Source: Bacillota bacterium (lineage in GTDB: Bacteria; Bacillota; DULZ01). Taken from it: a DNA stretch of 49,727 bases. Under the pieces are notes generated by a model. The model ran no database searches. It saw nothing but the letters and a program-made list of their open reading frames with translations, and was not told the origin of the DNA. Location: contig JBBAFB010000003.1 of assembly GCA_041655595.1 (NCBI GenBank), forward strand, positions 1 to 49,727, in the 5' to 3' direction. Shown here in pieces: positions 9,979-19,988 of this stretch (positions are counted from its first letter, which is position 1; the number at the start of each line of letters is the position of its first letter). A program made the position numbers and the translations under genes.

Positions 9979-11010
9979 CTAGGGGTTTTCTAAATCTCGC
10001 CTTGCTTCCTCTAATAAACTCGTACCCCCTATAAATTCAAACTGCCGGTAAACGGGCTGCATTATTTCCTCCCACAAAACTTTTTCCGCCTCCGTTAATT
10101 CCCAAACAACGACTTGGCCCGAAGATTTAATAGCTTCCAAATCTAGAGCATTTTGTTCAACAGCAATTTCCCTTTGCCACTGGGTAACTTCAGCCAAACT
10201 TTCTTGCAGTATGAGCCGTATATCCTCCGGTAGCCCCTCCCAGAAGTCAGTATTAACCAGAACTGCATATCCAAGATAGCCGTGGTTACTCAAAACCAAA
10301 TAGGGCTGCACCTTATAAAATTTTTCGGAATAAATATTCGAAGGGGTATTTTCTGAAGCTTGCACCTGACCTTCCTTCAATGCATTATAAACCTGATTAA
10401 AGGCTAAGGGAACTGTGATGGCTTTTAGCTGCCTAAATTGTTCCTCCAATAATTTGCTTCCAGGCATAACCCTAAATTTTACACCCCGAAAATCATCAAT
10501 CTTTTTCAAAGGGACAGTAGCCGTAAACTGTTTAAAACCATTATCCCAGATTGTTAAAGCCTTGATGGAATTGCCCTCCAGTAAATCTATTAACATTTTG
10601 CCGGCTTTTCCATCCATAACCCTATGTACTTCGCTTTCATTTTTAAACAAAAATGGTAAGTCAAAAAGCTGCCATAAGGGGAATACCTCCCCTAACTTTG
10701 CTGTAGCAGGTGCAATAATCTGTACCTGATTGCGATCAAGGGCTACCATTTCTTCTCCGTCTTTATATAAAGTTGAATTCGGATAAACTTGTATTTCCAC
10801 CCTACCTCCGGTGCGCTCTTTTACCATATTAGCAAATCGCTGAGCGGCCAAGCCTTTCGGGGTGGTTTCAGCTACAACATGAGAGAATTTAATCACAATT
10901 TTCTCATCTTTACTCACTTGCTCCAAATCCTCCGCCCGCTCGGAACATCCTGATGAAAGGAGCAAAAAAACCGTTATTATACCCAAACAAATTTTTCGTA
11001 AAGTATTCAT
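9979..11010 (-). CDS. DctP-family (TRAP-type) C4-dicarboxylate-binding lipoprotein
   Basis: 343 aa. Signal peptide with lipobox LLSSGC. DctP-family hallmarks (KGLAAQRFANMVKERTGGRVEIQVYPNSTL). Confidence 0.8.
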   Translation of the reverse strand: MNTLRKICLGIITVFLLLSSGCSERAEDLEQVSKDEKIVIKFSHVVAETTPKGLAAQRFANMVKERTGGRVEIQVYPNSTLYKDGEEMVALDRNQVQIIAPATAKLGEVFPLWQLFDLPFLFKNESEVHRVMDGKAGKMLIDLLEGNSIKALTIWDNGFKQFTATVPLKKIDDFRGVKFRVMPGSKLLEEQFRQLKAITVPLAFNQVYNALKEGQVQASENTPSNIYSEKFYKVQPYLVLSNHGYLGYAVLVNTDFWEGLPEDIRLILQESLAEVTQWQREIAVEQNALDLEAIKSSGQVVVWELTEAEKVLWEEIMQPVYRQFEFIGGTSLLEEARRDLENP

Positions 11011-11030
11011 TAACCATCACCTATAATAGC

Positions 11031-11708
11031 TTATTTAACTCTATACCTGTTTATTGGTCTGCCTACGGAGCCGTATTGCATTTCCAACTCTACCTTTTCC
11101 TTACTCACCAAGTATTCCAAATACCTCCTGGCGGTAACCCTGGCTATACCTAGGTTAGCAGCAACCTCCTCAGCTGAAAAACTACCCCTGTCCTCGTGCA
11201 GCAGCAGCAGAATTTGTTTCAAAGTTGTTTCGGTTAAACCCTTAGGTAGGGGTAATTCCGAGGGTTTACTTTTGCTTAAACCCATATCATCAATTTCCAT
11301 TTGATTAAGTGCATCCTTTTGCTGCAATTGGCGATACATTTCCTGGTAGGAAATTAAGGCATTTTTTATTCTTTCAAAGCGAAAGGGCTTAACAATATAA
11401 TCTACTACCCCATGTCTAAAACCCTGCTGAATGGTTTCCACATCCCTGGCGGCCGTGACCATGATCACATCGGTGGGTAAACCAAGCCTTCTTATTTCTT
11501 TCAAAACATATAAACCCTTTTCATCCGGCAAAAATATATCTAAAAGTAAAAGCTGTGGTTCCAATTGTTTTACCATCTGCAAAGCCTCTAAAGCCTGATC
11601 GGCTACACCCAGAATCCTGAAGCCACCCACCGCTTCGATATATTGCTTATTAACCTCCAATACCATGGGATCGTCTTCGACAATTACAATGCCTAACATT
11701 TTATACAC
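11031..11708 (-). CDS. dctR: CitB/DcuR/DctR-family response regulator
   Basis: 225 aa. REC domain (VEDD...LLLLDIFLPD) plus a C-terminal HTH. Overlaps the upstream kinase gene by 8 nt. Confidence 0.8.
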   Translation of the reverse strand: MYKMLGIVIVEDDPMVLEVNKQYIEAVGGFRILGVADQALEALQMVKQLEPQLLLLDIFLPDEKGLYVLKEIRRLGLPTDVIMVTAARDVETIQQGFRHGVVDYIVKPFRFERIKNALISYQEMYRQLQQKDALNQMEIDDMGLSKSKPSELPLPKGLTETTLKQILLLLHEDRGSFSAEEVAANLGIARVTARRYLEYLVSKEKVELEMQYGSVGRPINRYRVK

Positions 11709-13302
11709 TCCCTTTTAATTTAGGCAAATTCACAATAAACTCGGTGCCTTGTCCTTCCGTGCTGTTTAAAATCAGTTCGCCGCCAAGACTTTGCACGTTC
11801 CTCCTAATTAAAGGTAATCCATAGCCGCGGTTTGATTTATTTTTAGTTGAAAAACCGGCGGTAAAAATTTGATCCCTAAACTCTTTCGGAATCCCTTGTC
11901 CATAATCCTTTACTTTAATCTGCAAGCTGTCTTCTTTTTCCTCCAAAGAAAACCAAACCTTCCTTCTTTCCGAGGGCATCGTTTGTACTGCCTCCATAGC
12001 ATTTTCTAATAAATTACCTAATATAATCACCAAAGCTGTGCTTTCCACGGGTTCCAATGTTTTCTGCAATAAGCTATTTCGATCAATGTAAAGGTCTATT
12101 TGTAATTCCTTGGCACGACCGTATTTTCCTAAAAGTAGCCCGGCAACACTATAGTCTTTAATATTTTTACCTAAAAAACCAATCAACTCCTGCTGTTCTT
12201 CCGATAATGCAAACACATAATCAATGGCCTCTGTATATCTTTTTAGTTGCAATAAACCGGCAATAGTATGAAGCTTGTTCAAATATTCGTGGCTTTGGAC
12301 CCTTAAGGCTTCAATATATTGCTTGACGCCGGTTAATTCTACCGCCAAACGATGTACCTCCGTTTTATCCCGTATTAAAGAGACCGCCCCCACAATCTCA
12401 CCCTTAACGATAATGGGAAAGCGACTGGCTAAAACTGTCGCATTACCTACTATTCTTTCCTGGTTAAAGGTTCTCTCTCCTCTAGCAATAGTTTGGGGCA
12501 ACCGAGAATCAGGAATAGCATCCAGAATTGATTTTCCTATCCAATCACCTTTCACATTTAATAGTCTTTGGGCAACTTCATTAAAAATGGTAATCTTATG
12601 TTCCTTATCAATGGCAATTATGCCATCAGCCATGGATTGCAAAATAGCTACCCTTTCTTCTAGCAGTCTCGCAATTTCTCTGGGTTCCAAATTAAATAAG
12701 ATTTTCTTTATATCCCTGGCCAAATAAATTGAACCGAAAATTCCGGCCACCATGCCCACCAAAAGAGGAAGAAAAATTTCAAAGCGAAGACCCCAAATGG
12801 TTTGATAAAAAGTTGGAGTAAGAATCCCTACCACCACCACCCCCACTTGGGTAAGTCCCTCATTCGTCTTAATGGGGACAAAGGCCCTCACCGAAGGCCC
12901 CAAAATGCCAATTGCATGAGAAACATATTCATTATCCTGGAAAGAGGCAGCCTCATCACCGCCGCCAAATTTTTGTCCAAGGAAAGACTCCGAGGGATGG
13001 GAATACCTGGTTCCCTCCATATCCAAGATAACAACATACTCGACATCCGTGGCCAGGCGGGTGTTTTCAGCAATAGGTTGAATAACCCTAACCCCGCCGG
13101 GCAGGCCTACATTATCTTGAATTTTTTCTATTTGAGCTAATGTCCTGGCTATCGCCAGGGCCCTGGAGCCTATTTCCTTTTCTAAGTTAGCAACATAATA
13201 TACTACAAAAACTGTCAGCGCCGACAGCAGGGAAATTAAAACAATCCCAAAGGCTAACCAAGTAATTTTTGTTTGAATTCCCAGCGGCTTTAAACGCACC
13301 AT
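11701..13302 (-). CDS. dctS: CitA/DcuS/DctS-family sensor histidine kinase
   Basis: 533 aa. Two TM helices flank an extracytoplasmic sensor domain, followed by a PAS domain, an SHEYLNKLH phospho-acceptor box and an ATPase domain (GNLLENA, DYGQGI, GYGLPL). Confidence 0.8.
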   Translation of the reverse strand: MVRLKPLGIQTKITWLAFGIVLISLLSALTVFVVYYVANLEKEIGSRALAIARTLAQIEKIQDNVGLPGGVRVIQPIAENTRLATDVEYVVILDMEGTRYSHPSESFLGQKFGGGDEAASFQDNEYVSHAIGILGPSVRAFVPIKTNEGLTQVGVVVVGILTPTFYQTIWGLRFEIFLPLLVGMVAGIFGSIYLARDIKKILFNLEPREIARLLEERVAILQSMADGIIAIDKEHKITIFNEVAQRLLNVKGDWIGKSILDAIPDSRLPQTIARGERTFNQERIVGNATVLASRFPIIVKGEIVGAVSLIRDKTEVHRLAVELTGVKQYIEALRVQSHEYLNKLHTIAGLLQLKRYTEAIDYVFALSEEQQELIGFLGKNIKDYSVAGLLLGKYGRAKELQIDLYIDRNSLLQKTLEPVESTALVIILGNLLENAMEAVQTMPSERRKVWFSLEEKEDSLQIKVKDYGQGIPKEFRDQIFTAGFSTKNKSNRGYGLPLIRRNVQSLGGELILNSTEGQGTEFIVNLPKLKGSV

Positions 13303-13399
13303 TTTTCCTCCAAATAGATAATAGCGAATAGTTCGACTTTTCCTCCAATTTCTCCTTTATTATTTACAAAACCGTCATTAGTAAATTAAACTAAGGTAA

Positions 13400-13427
13400 T
13401 AAAAAAGACTCCCTTAAGGGAGTCTTG
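13400..13427 (-). terminator. rho-independent terminator after the TRAP permease gene
   Basis: Minus strand reads AAGACTCCC-TTAA-GGGAGTCTT followed by TTTTATT. Confidence 0.85.
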
Positions 13428-13445
13428 AAATAGTAACTTATTGGG

Positions 13446-15425
13446 TTAACCGACAGAACTGATCTCGGGTTCCAATGCTTTTTTCGGTGCAATTAATTTT
13501 TGATAGAAATAATAAGCAACCAAGAAAGCAAAACCTAAAATATCAAACACCACACTTGGAGTAATTAAACCGAGAGCGGCGGCAAATAGCAATACCCTTG
13601 TAAAGACGTTTGTTTTTCCAAAAAACTGTCCCTGGACAGAGGCTGCGAGAGCGAAGACACCAATAGCCGCTGTAACAGTACGCACTAAAGTAATGGCCAA
13701 GCTGCCTTCCAGAAGAATCTCCGGGGCATAGAAAAACATGAAAGGTACGATGTAGGCAGCTAAACCTAGTCTAAAGGAAGTAAGACCTGTTTTCATCGGG
13801 TCACTGCCACTGATACCTGCACCTGCATAGGCTGCTAAAGCCACAGGAGGTGTGATAGCGGATAAACAGGCAAAGTAGAAAATAAACATATGAGCAATCA
13901 AAGGATCAAGACCCATTTTGATTAAACCCGGGGCCACAACAGACGCTGCTACCGCATAAGCGGCAGTAGTCGGCATACCCATTCCTAAAATGATAACAAT
14001 GCCCATTGTAAATAGCAATGCCAGCAACTGACTAGAGCCTGCAATCCCCAAAAGCATGGTGGAGAACTTTAGCCCAATGCCGGTAAGTGAAATAACACCC
14101 ATAATAATACCGGCAGATGCACACACCGCCATTAATTGAATGGAACCTTTGGCTCCTCCTTCCAGAGCTTCCATAAACTTAGAAAAGTTTACCCTAGAAT
14201 CCTTTCCAAACCAACTAACAAGAATGCTGCTGATGATCGCATAAAAACCGGCATAAACCACGGATTTCCCCGACATCAACAAGCCAAACAGGATTAACAC
14301 AGGTAAAAACAGGTACATTCTCCGCATGATGGTTTTGCCGCTTGGCAGCAAATGCTTAGGGATACCGAACAGTTTCAGTTTGATAGCTTCAAAATCCACC
14401 ATAAAATACACCGATAGAAAATAAAGAATTGCCGGCACAATTCCTGCCATCATAATCCTTTGATAGGGAATTCCTGTTAACTCAGCCATAATAAAGACAC
14501 CGGCACCCATTATAGGGGGCATGATTTGTCCCCCCGTAGAAGCTACTGCTTCTGTTGCAGCGGCAAATCGGGGCGAATAGCCTACCTTTTCCATCAAGGG
14601 AATTGTCAAGCTTCCTGTCGCCACCACATTACCGGCGGAGGTTCCATTCATGGTGCCCATTAAAGCACTGGCCAAAACAGCCACTTTAGCCGGCCCCCCC
14701 CTTTTATGTCCGCTGACAGAAAAGGCCCATTCCACAAAGAATTTTCCCACACCTGAAACCTGTAAAAAAGCGCTGAAAACAATAAACAAAATAATGTAAC
14801 GGGAAGAAATATCAATCGGTACACTAAAAACGCCATTTAAGCTAAAAGTGTAAGTTAAAAATCTGGCAGCAGAATACCCTTTATGCTGTAATATCCCCGG
14901 CAAATAAGGTCCAACAAAAACATAGACCGCAAAGACACCCACCAAAATGGGAAGGGACCAGCCCGCCGTTCTTCTAGTTAGCTCTAGCACTAGGAAAACA
15001 CCTATTAAGGCAATATAAAAATCCCACTCTACCGGGTTAACACCTGTACGGAATATCAATTTATCTAAATTATAAATAATATAAACTAAAACCACTATAC
15101 TTAAAACCGCAAACAACCAATCCGTCCAATGGATCTTATCCTTGTTTTTACCATACCCCGGATATAATAAAAAGCCAAGTACGGAAAGGGTTGATAAGTG
15201 AACAACGCGATATGTCCATGTTTCTAAAGGGAAAAACATTAAAGATAAAATATGAAACAGAGCAACCAATGCCGCATAAACAAAAATTATCTTTCCCAGT
15301 CCACCCTTAAACTGCCTGATACTGCCTAATTCAGAATCCATATCCGGTTCCAGATCTATTGGTGTAGCTTGTTCTATCTGCCCTTCCAATAGCTGCTGCT
15401 GATCATTATCTATCTCTTTTGTCAT
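13446..15425 (-). CDS. TRAP transporter fused 4TM/12TM permease (TAXI-system type)
   Basis: 659 aa, very hydrophobic, roughly 16+ TM segments. Lies immediately downstream of a TAXI-family receptor gene. Confidence 0.85.
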   Translation of the reverse strand: MTKEIDNDQQQLLEGQIEQATPIDLEPDMDSELGSIRQFKGGLGKIIFVYAALVALFHILSLMFFPLETWTYRVVHLSTLSVLGFLLYPGYGKNKDKIHWTDWLFAVLSIVVLVYIIYNLDKLIFRTGVNPVEWDFYIALIGVFLVLELTRRTAGWSLPILVGVFAVYVFVGPYLPGILQHKGYSAARFLTYTFSLNGVFSVPIDISSRYIILFIVFSAFLQVSGVGKFFVEWAFSVSGHKRGGPAKVAVLASALMGTMNGTSAGNVVATGSLTIPLMEKVGYSPRFAAATEAVASTGGQIMPPIMGAGVFIMAELTGIPYQRIMMAGIVPAILYFLSVYFMVDFEAIKLKLFGIPKHLLPSGKTIMRRMYLFLPVLILFGLLMSGKSVVYAGFYAIISSILVSWFGKDSRVNFSKFMEALEGGAKGSIQLMAVCASAGIIMGVISLTGIGLKFSTMLLGIAGSSQLLALLFTMGIVIILGMGMPTTAAYAVAASVVAPGLIKMGLDPLIAHMFIFYFACLSAITPPVALAAYAGAGISGSDPMKTGLTSFRLGLAAYIVPFMFFYAPEILLEGSLAITLVRTVTAAIGVFALAASVQGQFFGKTNVFTRVLLFAAALGLITPSVVFDILGFAFLVAYYFYQKLIAPKKALEPEISSVG

Positions 15426-15476
15426 GGCAGAACTCCTTTCTAACCTTTGAGTGCTGAAAACTTATAAACTTACGGC

Positions 15477-15500
15477 AAGGCGATTCTTTAGAATCGCCTT
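15477..15500 (-). other. intercistronic stem-loop between the TAXI receptor and permease genes
   Basis: Perfect 10-bp inverted repeat AAGGCGATTC-TTTA-GAATCGCCTT with no T-tract on the minus strand. This looks like an mRNA processing or stability hairpin rather than a full terminator. Confidence 0.5.
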
Positions 15501-15549
15501 TACCGTATTAACTGTCTACTGTTTAAATACTTAACCTAGGAGTTAGTAA

Positions 15550-16608
15550 TTATTTTTTGTATTCCGGCGGATATACATCCGGGGATAGCTTGATACCTAT
15601 TTCCTCATAGTAGCGGATGGCACCAGGATGCATCCACATCCAATTATTATTGGAGATATTTTCGGGAACAGTCTCTTCAGCAGATTTAGTAGCGATGACC
15701 AAATCAGACTGATTTTCAAAGACGGCTTTTACCATATCATAAACAAACTCATCAGATAAATCTTTGTGGGCAACGGCCATGTTCCAAATACCGATAGTTT
15801 CTACATCATCCTTAAGAAAATCATAAGTACTGGCCGGAATAACAGCCGGACTCCAGTAAGGCCACTCGGAAACAACCTTATCACGGTATTCCCCATCAAC
15901 GCCAAAAACATTGATTTTCATTTGAGCTGCCGTTTCCAAAACAGTAGGCATAGGAATTCCGGATGCAAAACTGTTTGCGGCGATTTGGCCATCAATATGC
16001 TGGGAGGCTAAATCGCTGGCACCGGCTAACCTATTAGTAGTTTTAATACCCAACAATTCAAGAATTCTGGGATGATAAGTACCGGAGGTGCCACCTGCCG
16101 GCCCAACACCAATGGTTTTGCCCTCTAGGTCTCCCAAGCTTTTAATGCCGGATTTTTCGCTTGCCCACCAAGAGGAATAGGTATTATACATGGGGAAAAT
16201 AACTCTAACATCTTTGTGTTCAACTCCACCTGTCCAATCACCCTCGCCATGCCATGCCTCCCAAGCGGGACCCATGGTAATCATCCCCAGCTCGGCATCC
16301 TTGTTTTGAATCAAAATCATGTTTTGGTTAGGACCACCGGTTACCTCTACTGCAGTTGGAACCCCTAGAGACCTTTCAATAATCTGGGCCCAAGCACCCC
16401 CATAAACATGATAAACACCGCCAATTGAAGCGGAACCAAGAGTTAATGTTTTAGGATAATCCTTTACAGCCTCCTGGACCGGAGCGGGGTCCCCCTCCGA
16501 GGGTGGTGCAGGTGCGGGTGCCGGCTCTTTACTACCACAACCAGCTACTACCAATGCAAAAGCAAGCAATATCACCAGCAACAAAGAAAGTTTACCTTTA
16601 GCAGACAT
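15550..16608 (-). CDS. TAXI-family TRAP transporter solute-binding lipoprotein
   Basis: Start moved to the second ATG (16606-16608) because GGGAGGT lies 6 nt upstream. Lipobox VVAGCGS. TAXI/NMT1-like motif GSASIGGVYHVYGGAWAQ. Confidence 0.85.
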   Translation of the reverse strand: MSAKGKLSLLLVILLAFALVVAGCGSKEPAPAPAPPSEGDPAPVQEAVKDYPKTLTLGSASIGGVYHVYGGAWAQIIERSLGVPTAVEVTGGPNQNMILIQNKDAELGMITMGPAWEAWHGEGDWTGGVEHKDVRVIFPMYNTYSSWWASEKSGIKSLGDLEGKTIGVGPAGGTSGTYHPRILELLGIKTTNRLAGASDLASQHIDGQIAANSFASGIPMPTVLETAAQMKINVFGVDGEYRDKVVSEWPYWSPAVIPASTYDFLKDDVETIGIWNMAVAHKDLSDEFVYDMVKAVFENQSDLVIATKSAEETVPENISNNNWMWMHPGAIRYYEEIGIKLSPDVYPPEYKK

Positions 16609-16693
16609 ACATTTACCTCCCTTAAAATGGTTAATGAGGCTCAAACCCTACCTCCGTAGATGAAGTAGGAAGAGTTTGAACTTACTGAATATT

Positions 16694-16722
16694 ATAATAA
16701 CATCCCTTTGAAATTACGGCAA
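16694..16722 (-). promoter_or_regulatory. candidate sigma-A promoter of the TAXI-TRAP operon
   Basis: Minus strand: TTGCCG - 17 nt - TATTAT, about 85 nt upstream of the start codon. Confidence 0.4.
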
Positions 16723-16726
16723 TATT

Positions 16727-16744
16727 TTGTTCATATTGTTCATA
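16727..16744. repeat. perfect tandem 9-mer (TTGTTCATA x2) just upstream of the TAXI -35
   Basis: 16727-16735 and 16736-16744 are identical. The pair sits between the MFS terminator and the candidate -35, so it is a possible response-regulator site. Confidence 0.6.
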
Positions 16745-16748
16745 CTAA

Positions 16749-16784
16749 AGAAAAAAAGCACTTGTCAAGGCTGACAACTGCTTT
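16749..16784 (-). terminator. rho-independent terminator after the MFS gene
   Basis: Minus strand reads AAAGCAGTTGTCA-GCCT-TGACAAGTGCTTT (one mismatch) followed by TTTTTTCTTT. Confidence 0.7.
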
Positions 16785-16804
16785 ATAAAGTACTTAGTTT
16801 TCAG

Positions 16805-18019
16805 TTAGTTGGTTTCGGTCTTCTCTTCTAAAACTCCCTTATAGTCGGGCAGGTAAAGGTAGCGATAACGCACATACAAAGCCATTAGGAAAACAATGAC
16901 AGAGCTTATTATAAAACCTATTTCCGGGGAAGCTTTTAACAAACCTACGGAAAAGGAACCTACTACCACACCTAAAGAAAAACAGGCATAGAAAATACCG
17001 AAAGCCTTACCCCTGTGAACGATGGGAACCCAATTCATAATAATTGTGGTCATAGCCGGAAACATCAAAGCAAAGCCTAAACCAAAGACCCCCATGGAAA
17101 GAAAGATCGGCAATTTATTGATGGAAACAGCCAAAAATGCTTGGGACATGGCAACTGTAAACATACCGGAGGTCAGTATTTTTTGGGGATTAAAATAATC
17201 ATACATCTTATTGGTAGGTAGTAAAAATACCAAAATCGCTACCACACCGAAGGTGCTGATCATCATACCGCCTAAAGCCCCATCCGGGGAGATCTGTGCT
17301 GCTCTGATTGGCAGTAAAACCGTAACTACTCCCAAGGTAAAAAACAAAGCAAATGAACCCCAATAAGTGTTAGTCAAGGGTCTGCAAGCCAACAAAGATT
17401 TAAATTCGCCCTTAGAGGATTCACTTTTTTCTTTTTTGAGCCGGTGCTTTGGCATTGGTGCAAAAAGCCAGACTAAAATAGCACTCAGCACCATTAGAAC
17501 CGACACGGAATAAAACACTGAGTCAAAACCAAATTTGGCGCTAATTATGCCCCCAAAGGCAGGACCGATAATAGCTGAAAAACCCACGATGGCTCCCGTA
17601 TGGGCCATTGTTCGGCCATATTGTCCTTCTTTGGCCGCTTGAGCCATTAAGGCAAAAGCACTGGGGGCTAACAATCCCGAACTGGTACCGTGGATTAATC
17701 TCACCACGATAAGCTGAACAGGTGTAGCTACAGTCGTATATAATAATAAGTTAAACGCTGTAACCAACATGCCAGTCATCAACACCCATTTTGCTCCAAA
17801 ACGATCTATTCCCATGCCCCCCACCATATTACCGAACATATTGGTAAAGGAATACATTCCTACAGCCAACCCCACTAACAGGGGAGCGGCACCGAGGCTA
17901 ATCGCCATAGGAGAAATAATAGGGAGCTGTGTAAATAGATCTAAAAAGGAAACTGTTACAAACAAAAGCAGTAAAATTCTGATTTGAATCCCCTCCAATC
18001 TTGCCAAAAAGCAATGCAA
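16805..18019 (-). CDS. MFS transporter
   Basis: 404 aa, ~12 TM helices, MFS motif GGMGIDRFGAK. The track start is a TTG with no clear SD, so the true start is uncertain. GGAGGGG lies at about 17989-17995. Confidence 0.75.
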   Translation of the reverse strand: MHCFLARLEGIQIRILLLLFVTVSFLDLFTQLPIISPMAISLGAAPLLVGLAVGMYSFTNMFGNMVGGMGIDRFGAKWVLMTGMLVTAFNLLLYTTVATPVQLIVVRLIHGTSSGLLAPSAFALMAQAAKEGQYGRTMAHTGAIVGFSAIIGPAFGGIISAKFGFDSVFYSVSVLMVLSAILVWLFAPMPKHRLKKEKSESSKGEFKSLLACRPLTNTYWGSFALFFTLGVVTVLLPIRAAQISPDGALGGMMISTFGVVAILVFLLPTNKMYDYFNPQKILTSGMFTVAMSQAFLAVSINKLPIFLSMGVFGLGFALMFPAMTTIIMNWVPIVHRGKAFGIFYACFSLGVVVGSFSVGLLKASPEIGFIISSVIVFLMALYVRYRYLYLPDYKGVLEEKTETN

Positions 18020-18140
18020 AGAAGCCCTAAAATTAGTATATCATAAAAACTTTCCAGAGGGCCTTGTTTTTTGTCAAGATTATCTAATTAATATAAATAT
18101 AGAAATAATGCGCGTACCCATTAGCTGTCTTTCAACCCGA

Positions 18141-19304
18141 CTATTCGTATCTCAAAGCATCCACCGGTTTAAATTTTGAAGCTTTATTCGCCGGGTATAA
18201 GCCAAAAAAGATTCCCACGAATAAAGAGAAGATTAAGGCTCCAAGTATCACGGGAATACCGGTTACATACCTTATTCCCATGGCCCCGGTAATTAAATAG
18301 GATGTGAGTATACCAAGTACTACCCCTATTAACCCTCCTACTCCACTCATCACGGAGGACTCAATCAGAAACTGAACTAAAATGTTCCCCCTCCCAGCCC
18401 CTATGGCCTTTCTAATGCCTATTTCCCTAGTTCTTTCGGTTACGGTAACCAGCATAATATTCATGATACCAATGCCTCCTACCAGGAGCGAAATTCCAGC
18501 TATGCCTCCCAACATAATTGTCAGCATACCTGTTACCTCTTTTAAAATACTCAGCATTTCGTCTTGGCTTAAAACCATAAAGGAATCCTTATTCCCGAAG
18601 CGGTCAAGTAAATACCCTTGGACATTTTCCTTTGCCAAAGCGGATTCCTCAGCAGAGTTTGCTTGCAACACGATACTATTAATTTGGGTCAGATTATATT
18701 GGCGCATTAAGCTGGTAACAGGAACAATCACTGTGTCATTACTGTCTCCCATAAGATTGCTTTCTTTTTCTTTCAAAATTCCTACCACCGTGTATTTGAT
18801 GCCGTCAACAGAAATTTCCTTATCAAGAGGGTTTTCTGCATCAAACAATTTATCGGCTGTAGTGCGTCCAATGATTGCTACTCTATTTCTGTAATCCACA
18901 TCAACCGGGGTAATTACCCTACCCGCATCTATTTCATAATTGTTGATCTTCATATAATTTTCGTTCCCGCCATTGATGGCAACTCTGGCTTTTTCTAAAT
19001 CATATTTAACTGTAGTTGATACAGAATACACCGGAGTTACGCTTTTTACCCCTTGCAGGCTTGCTAATTTATCCATATCTTTTAATTTCATCACTTGTTT
19101 TCTATCAAAAACATTAACATTAATAATATTGGCACCCATACTGGAGATACTCTCGGTCACCCCTTTAGTGGCACCCTGTCCAATAGAAATTAAAACAACT
19201 ACGGCAAAGACGCCTATAATGATGCCCAGCATGGTTAGAAATGTTCTTAATTTGTTGGAAAGAAAAGATTGAAAAGCCATTTTAATTATATTTCTTATAT
19301 TCAT
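18141..19304 (-). CDS. MacB/FtsX-type ABC transporter permease
   Basis: 387 aa. TM1, a large extracytoplasmic MacB_PCD-like domain, then 3 C-terminal TM helices of the FtsX fold. Confidence 0.85.
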   Translation of the reverse strand: MNIRNIIKMAFQSFLSNKLRTFLTMLGIIIGVFAVVVLISIGQGATKGVTESISSMGANIINVNVFDRKQVMKLKDMDKLASLQGVKSVTPVYSVSTTVKYDLEKARVAINGGNENYMKINNYEIDAGRVITPVDVDYRNRVAIIGRTTADKLFDAENPLDKEISVDGIKYTVVGILKEKESNLMGDSNDTVIVPVTSLMRQYNLTQINSIVLQANSAEESALAKENVQGYLLDRFGNKDSFMVLSQDEMLSILKEVTGMLTIMLGGIAGISLLVGGIGIMNIMLVTVTERTREIGIRKAIGAGRGNILVQFLIESSVMSGVGGLIGVVLGILTSYLITGAMGIRYVTGIPVILGALIFSLFVGIFFGLYPANKASKFKPVDALRYE

Positions 19305-19319
19305 CGCAATTTCCTTTCT

Positions 19320-19988
19320 TTAACCATTATCAACCAGTTGCCCATCTATTATCGCGACAGTTCTCTTTGCTTCTTTAGAAATCTCTGCATTATGGGTGAT
19401 CAGCACAATAGTTTTACCTTCCCGGCTTAACTCTTGAATTAAGGCCAATACATCCTGTCCTGATTTAGAATCTAAATTACCTGTAGGCTCATCTGCCAAA
19501 AGAACAGGGGGATTACCAGCCAATGCTCTGGCTATAGCCACACGTTGTTGCTGACCACCGGAAAGTTCTGTAGGTTTGTGGGACATTCTATCTCCCAAAC
19601 CCACCCTTTCCAAGGTTTCGATGCTTTTACGCATTCTATCCTTATAACTCATGCCTCTGTAAATCAAAGGCAGTTCCACATTTTCTAAAGCTGATAGTTT
19701 AGGCAACAAATTAAACTTTTGAAAAACAAAACCTATTTTTTGGTTTCTGATTTTGGCCAACTGTTTTTCATCATAGGTACTGATTTCCTTACCATCCAGA
19801 TAGTATTCGCCGGATGTAGGTAAATCAAGGCAGCCGATTATATTCATTAAAGTGGATTTGCCTGAACCAGAGGGCCCTATGATGGATAGAAACTCTCCCT
19901 CATCAACATGTAAGGTTACTCCTCTTAACGCCTTAACTTCTACCGCACCCATGTCGTAGGTTTTGGTGACATTTTTTAAATCTATCAT
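19320..19988 (-). CDS. ABC transporter ATP-binding protein (MacB/LolD-like)
   Basis: 222 aa. Walker A GPSGSGKST, signature LSGGQQQR, Walker B LLADEPT. Confidence 0.9.
   Translation of the reverse strand: MIDLKNVTKTYDMGAVEVKALRGVTLHVDEGEFLSIIGPSGSGKSTLMNIIGCLDLPTSGEYYLDGKEISTYDEKQLAKIRNQKIGFVFQKFNLLPKLSALENVELPLIYRGMSYKDRMRKSIETLERVGLGDRMSHKPTELSGGQQQRVAIARALAGNPPVLLADEPTGNLDSKSGQDVLALIQELSREGKTIVLITHNAEISKEAKRTVAIIDGQLVDNG

Noticed and set aside
18382-18894. 170-aa plus-strand ORF. Similar long antisense ORFs occur at 9106-9570, 12275-12727, 12802-13140, 26798-27172 and 32764-33195.
   Set aside because: All lie entirely antisense to well-supported genes with clear family motifs. None has a recognisable SD or motifs, and their composition is low-complexity. 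These are typical shadow ORFs.
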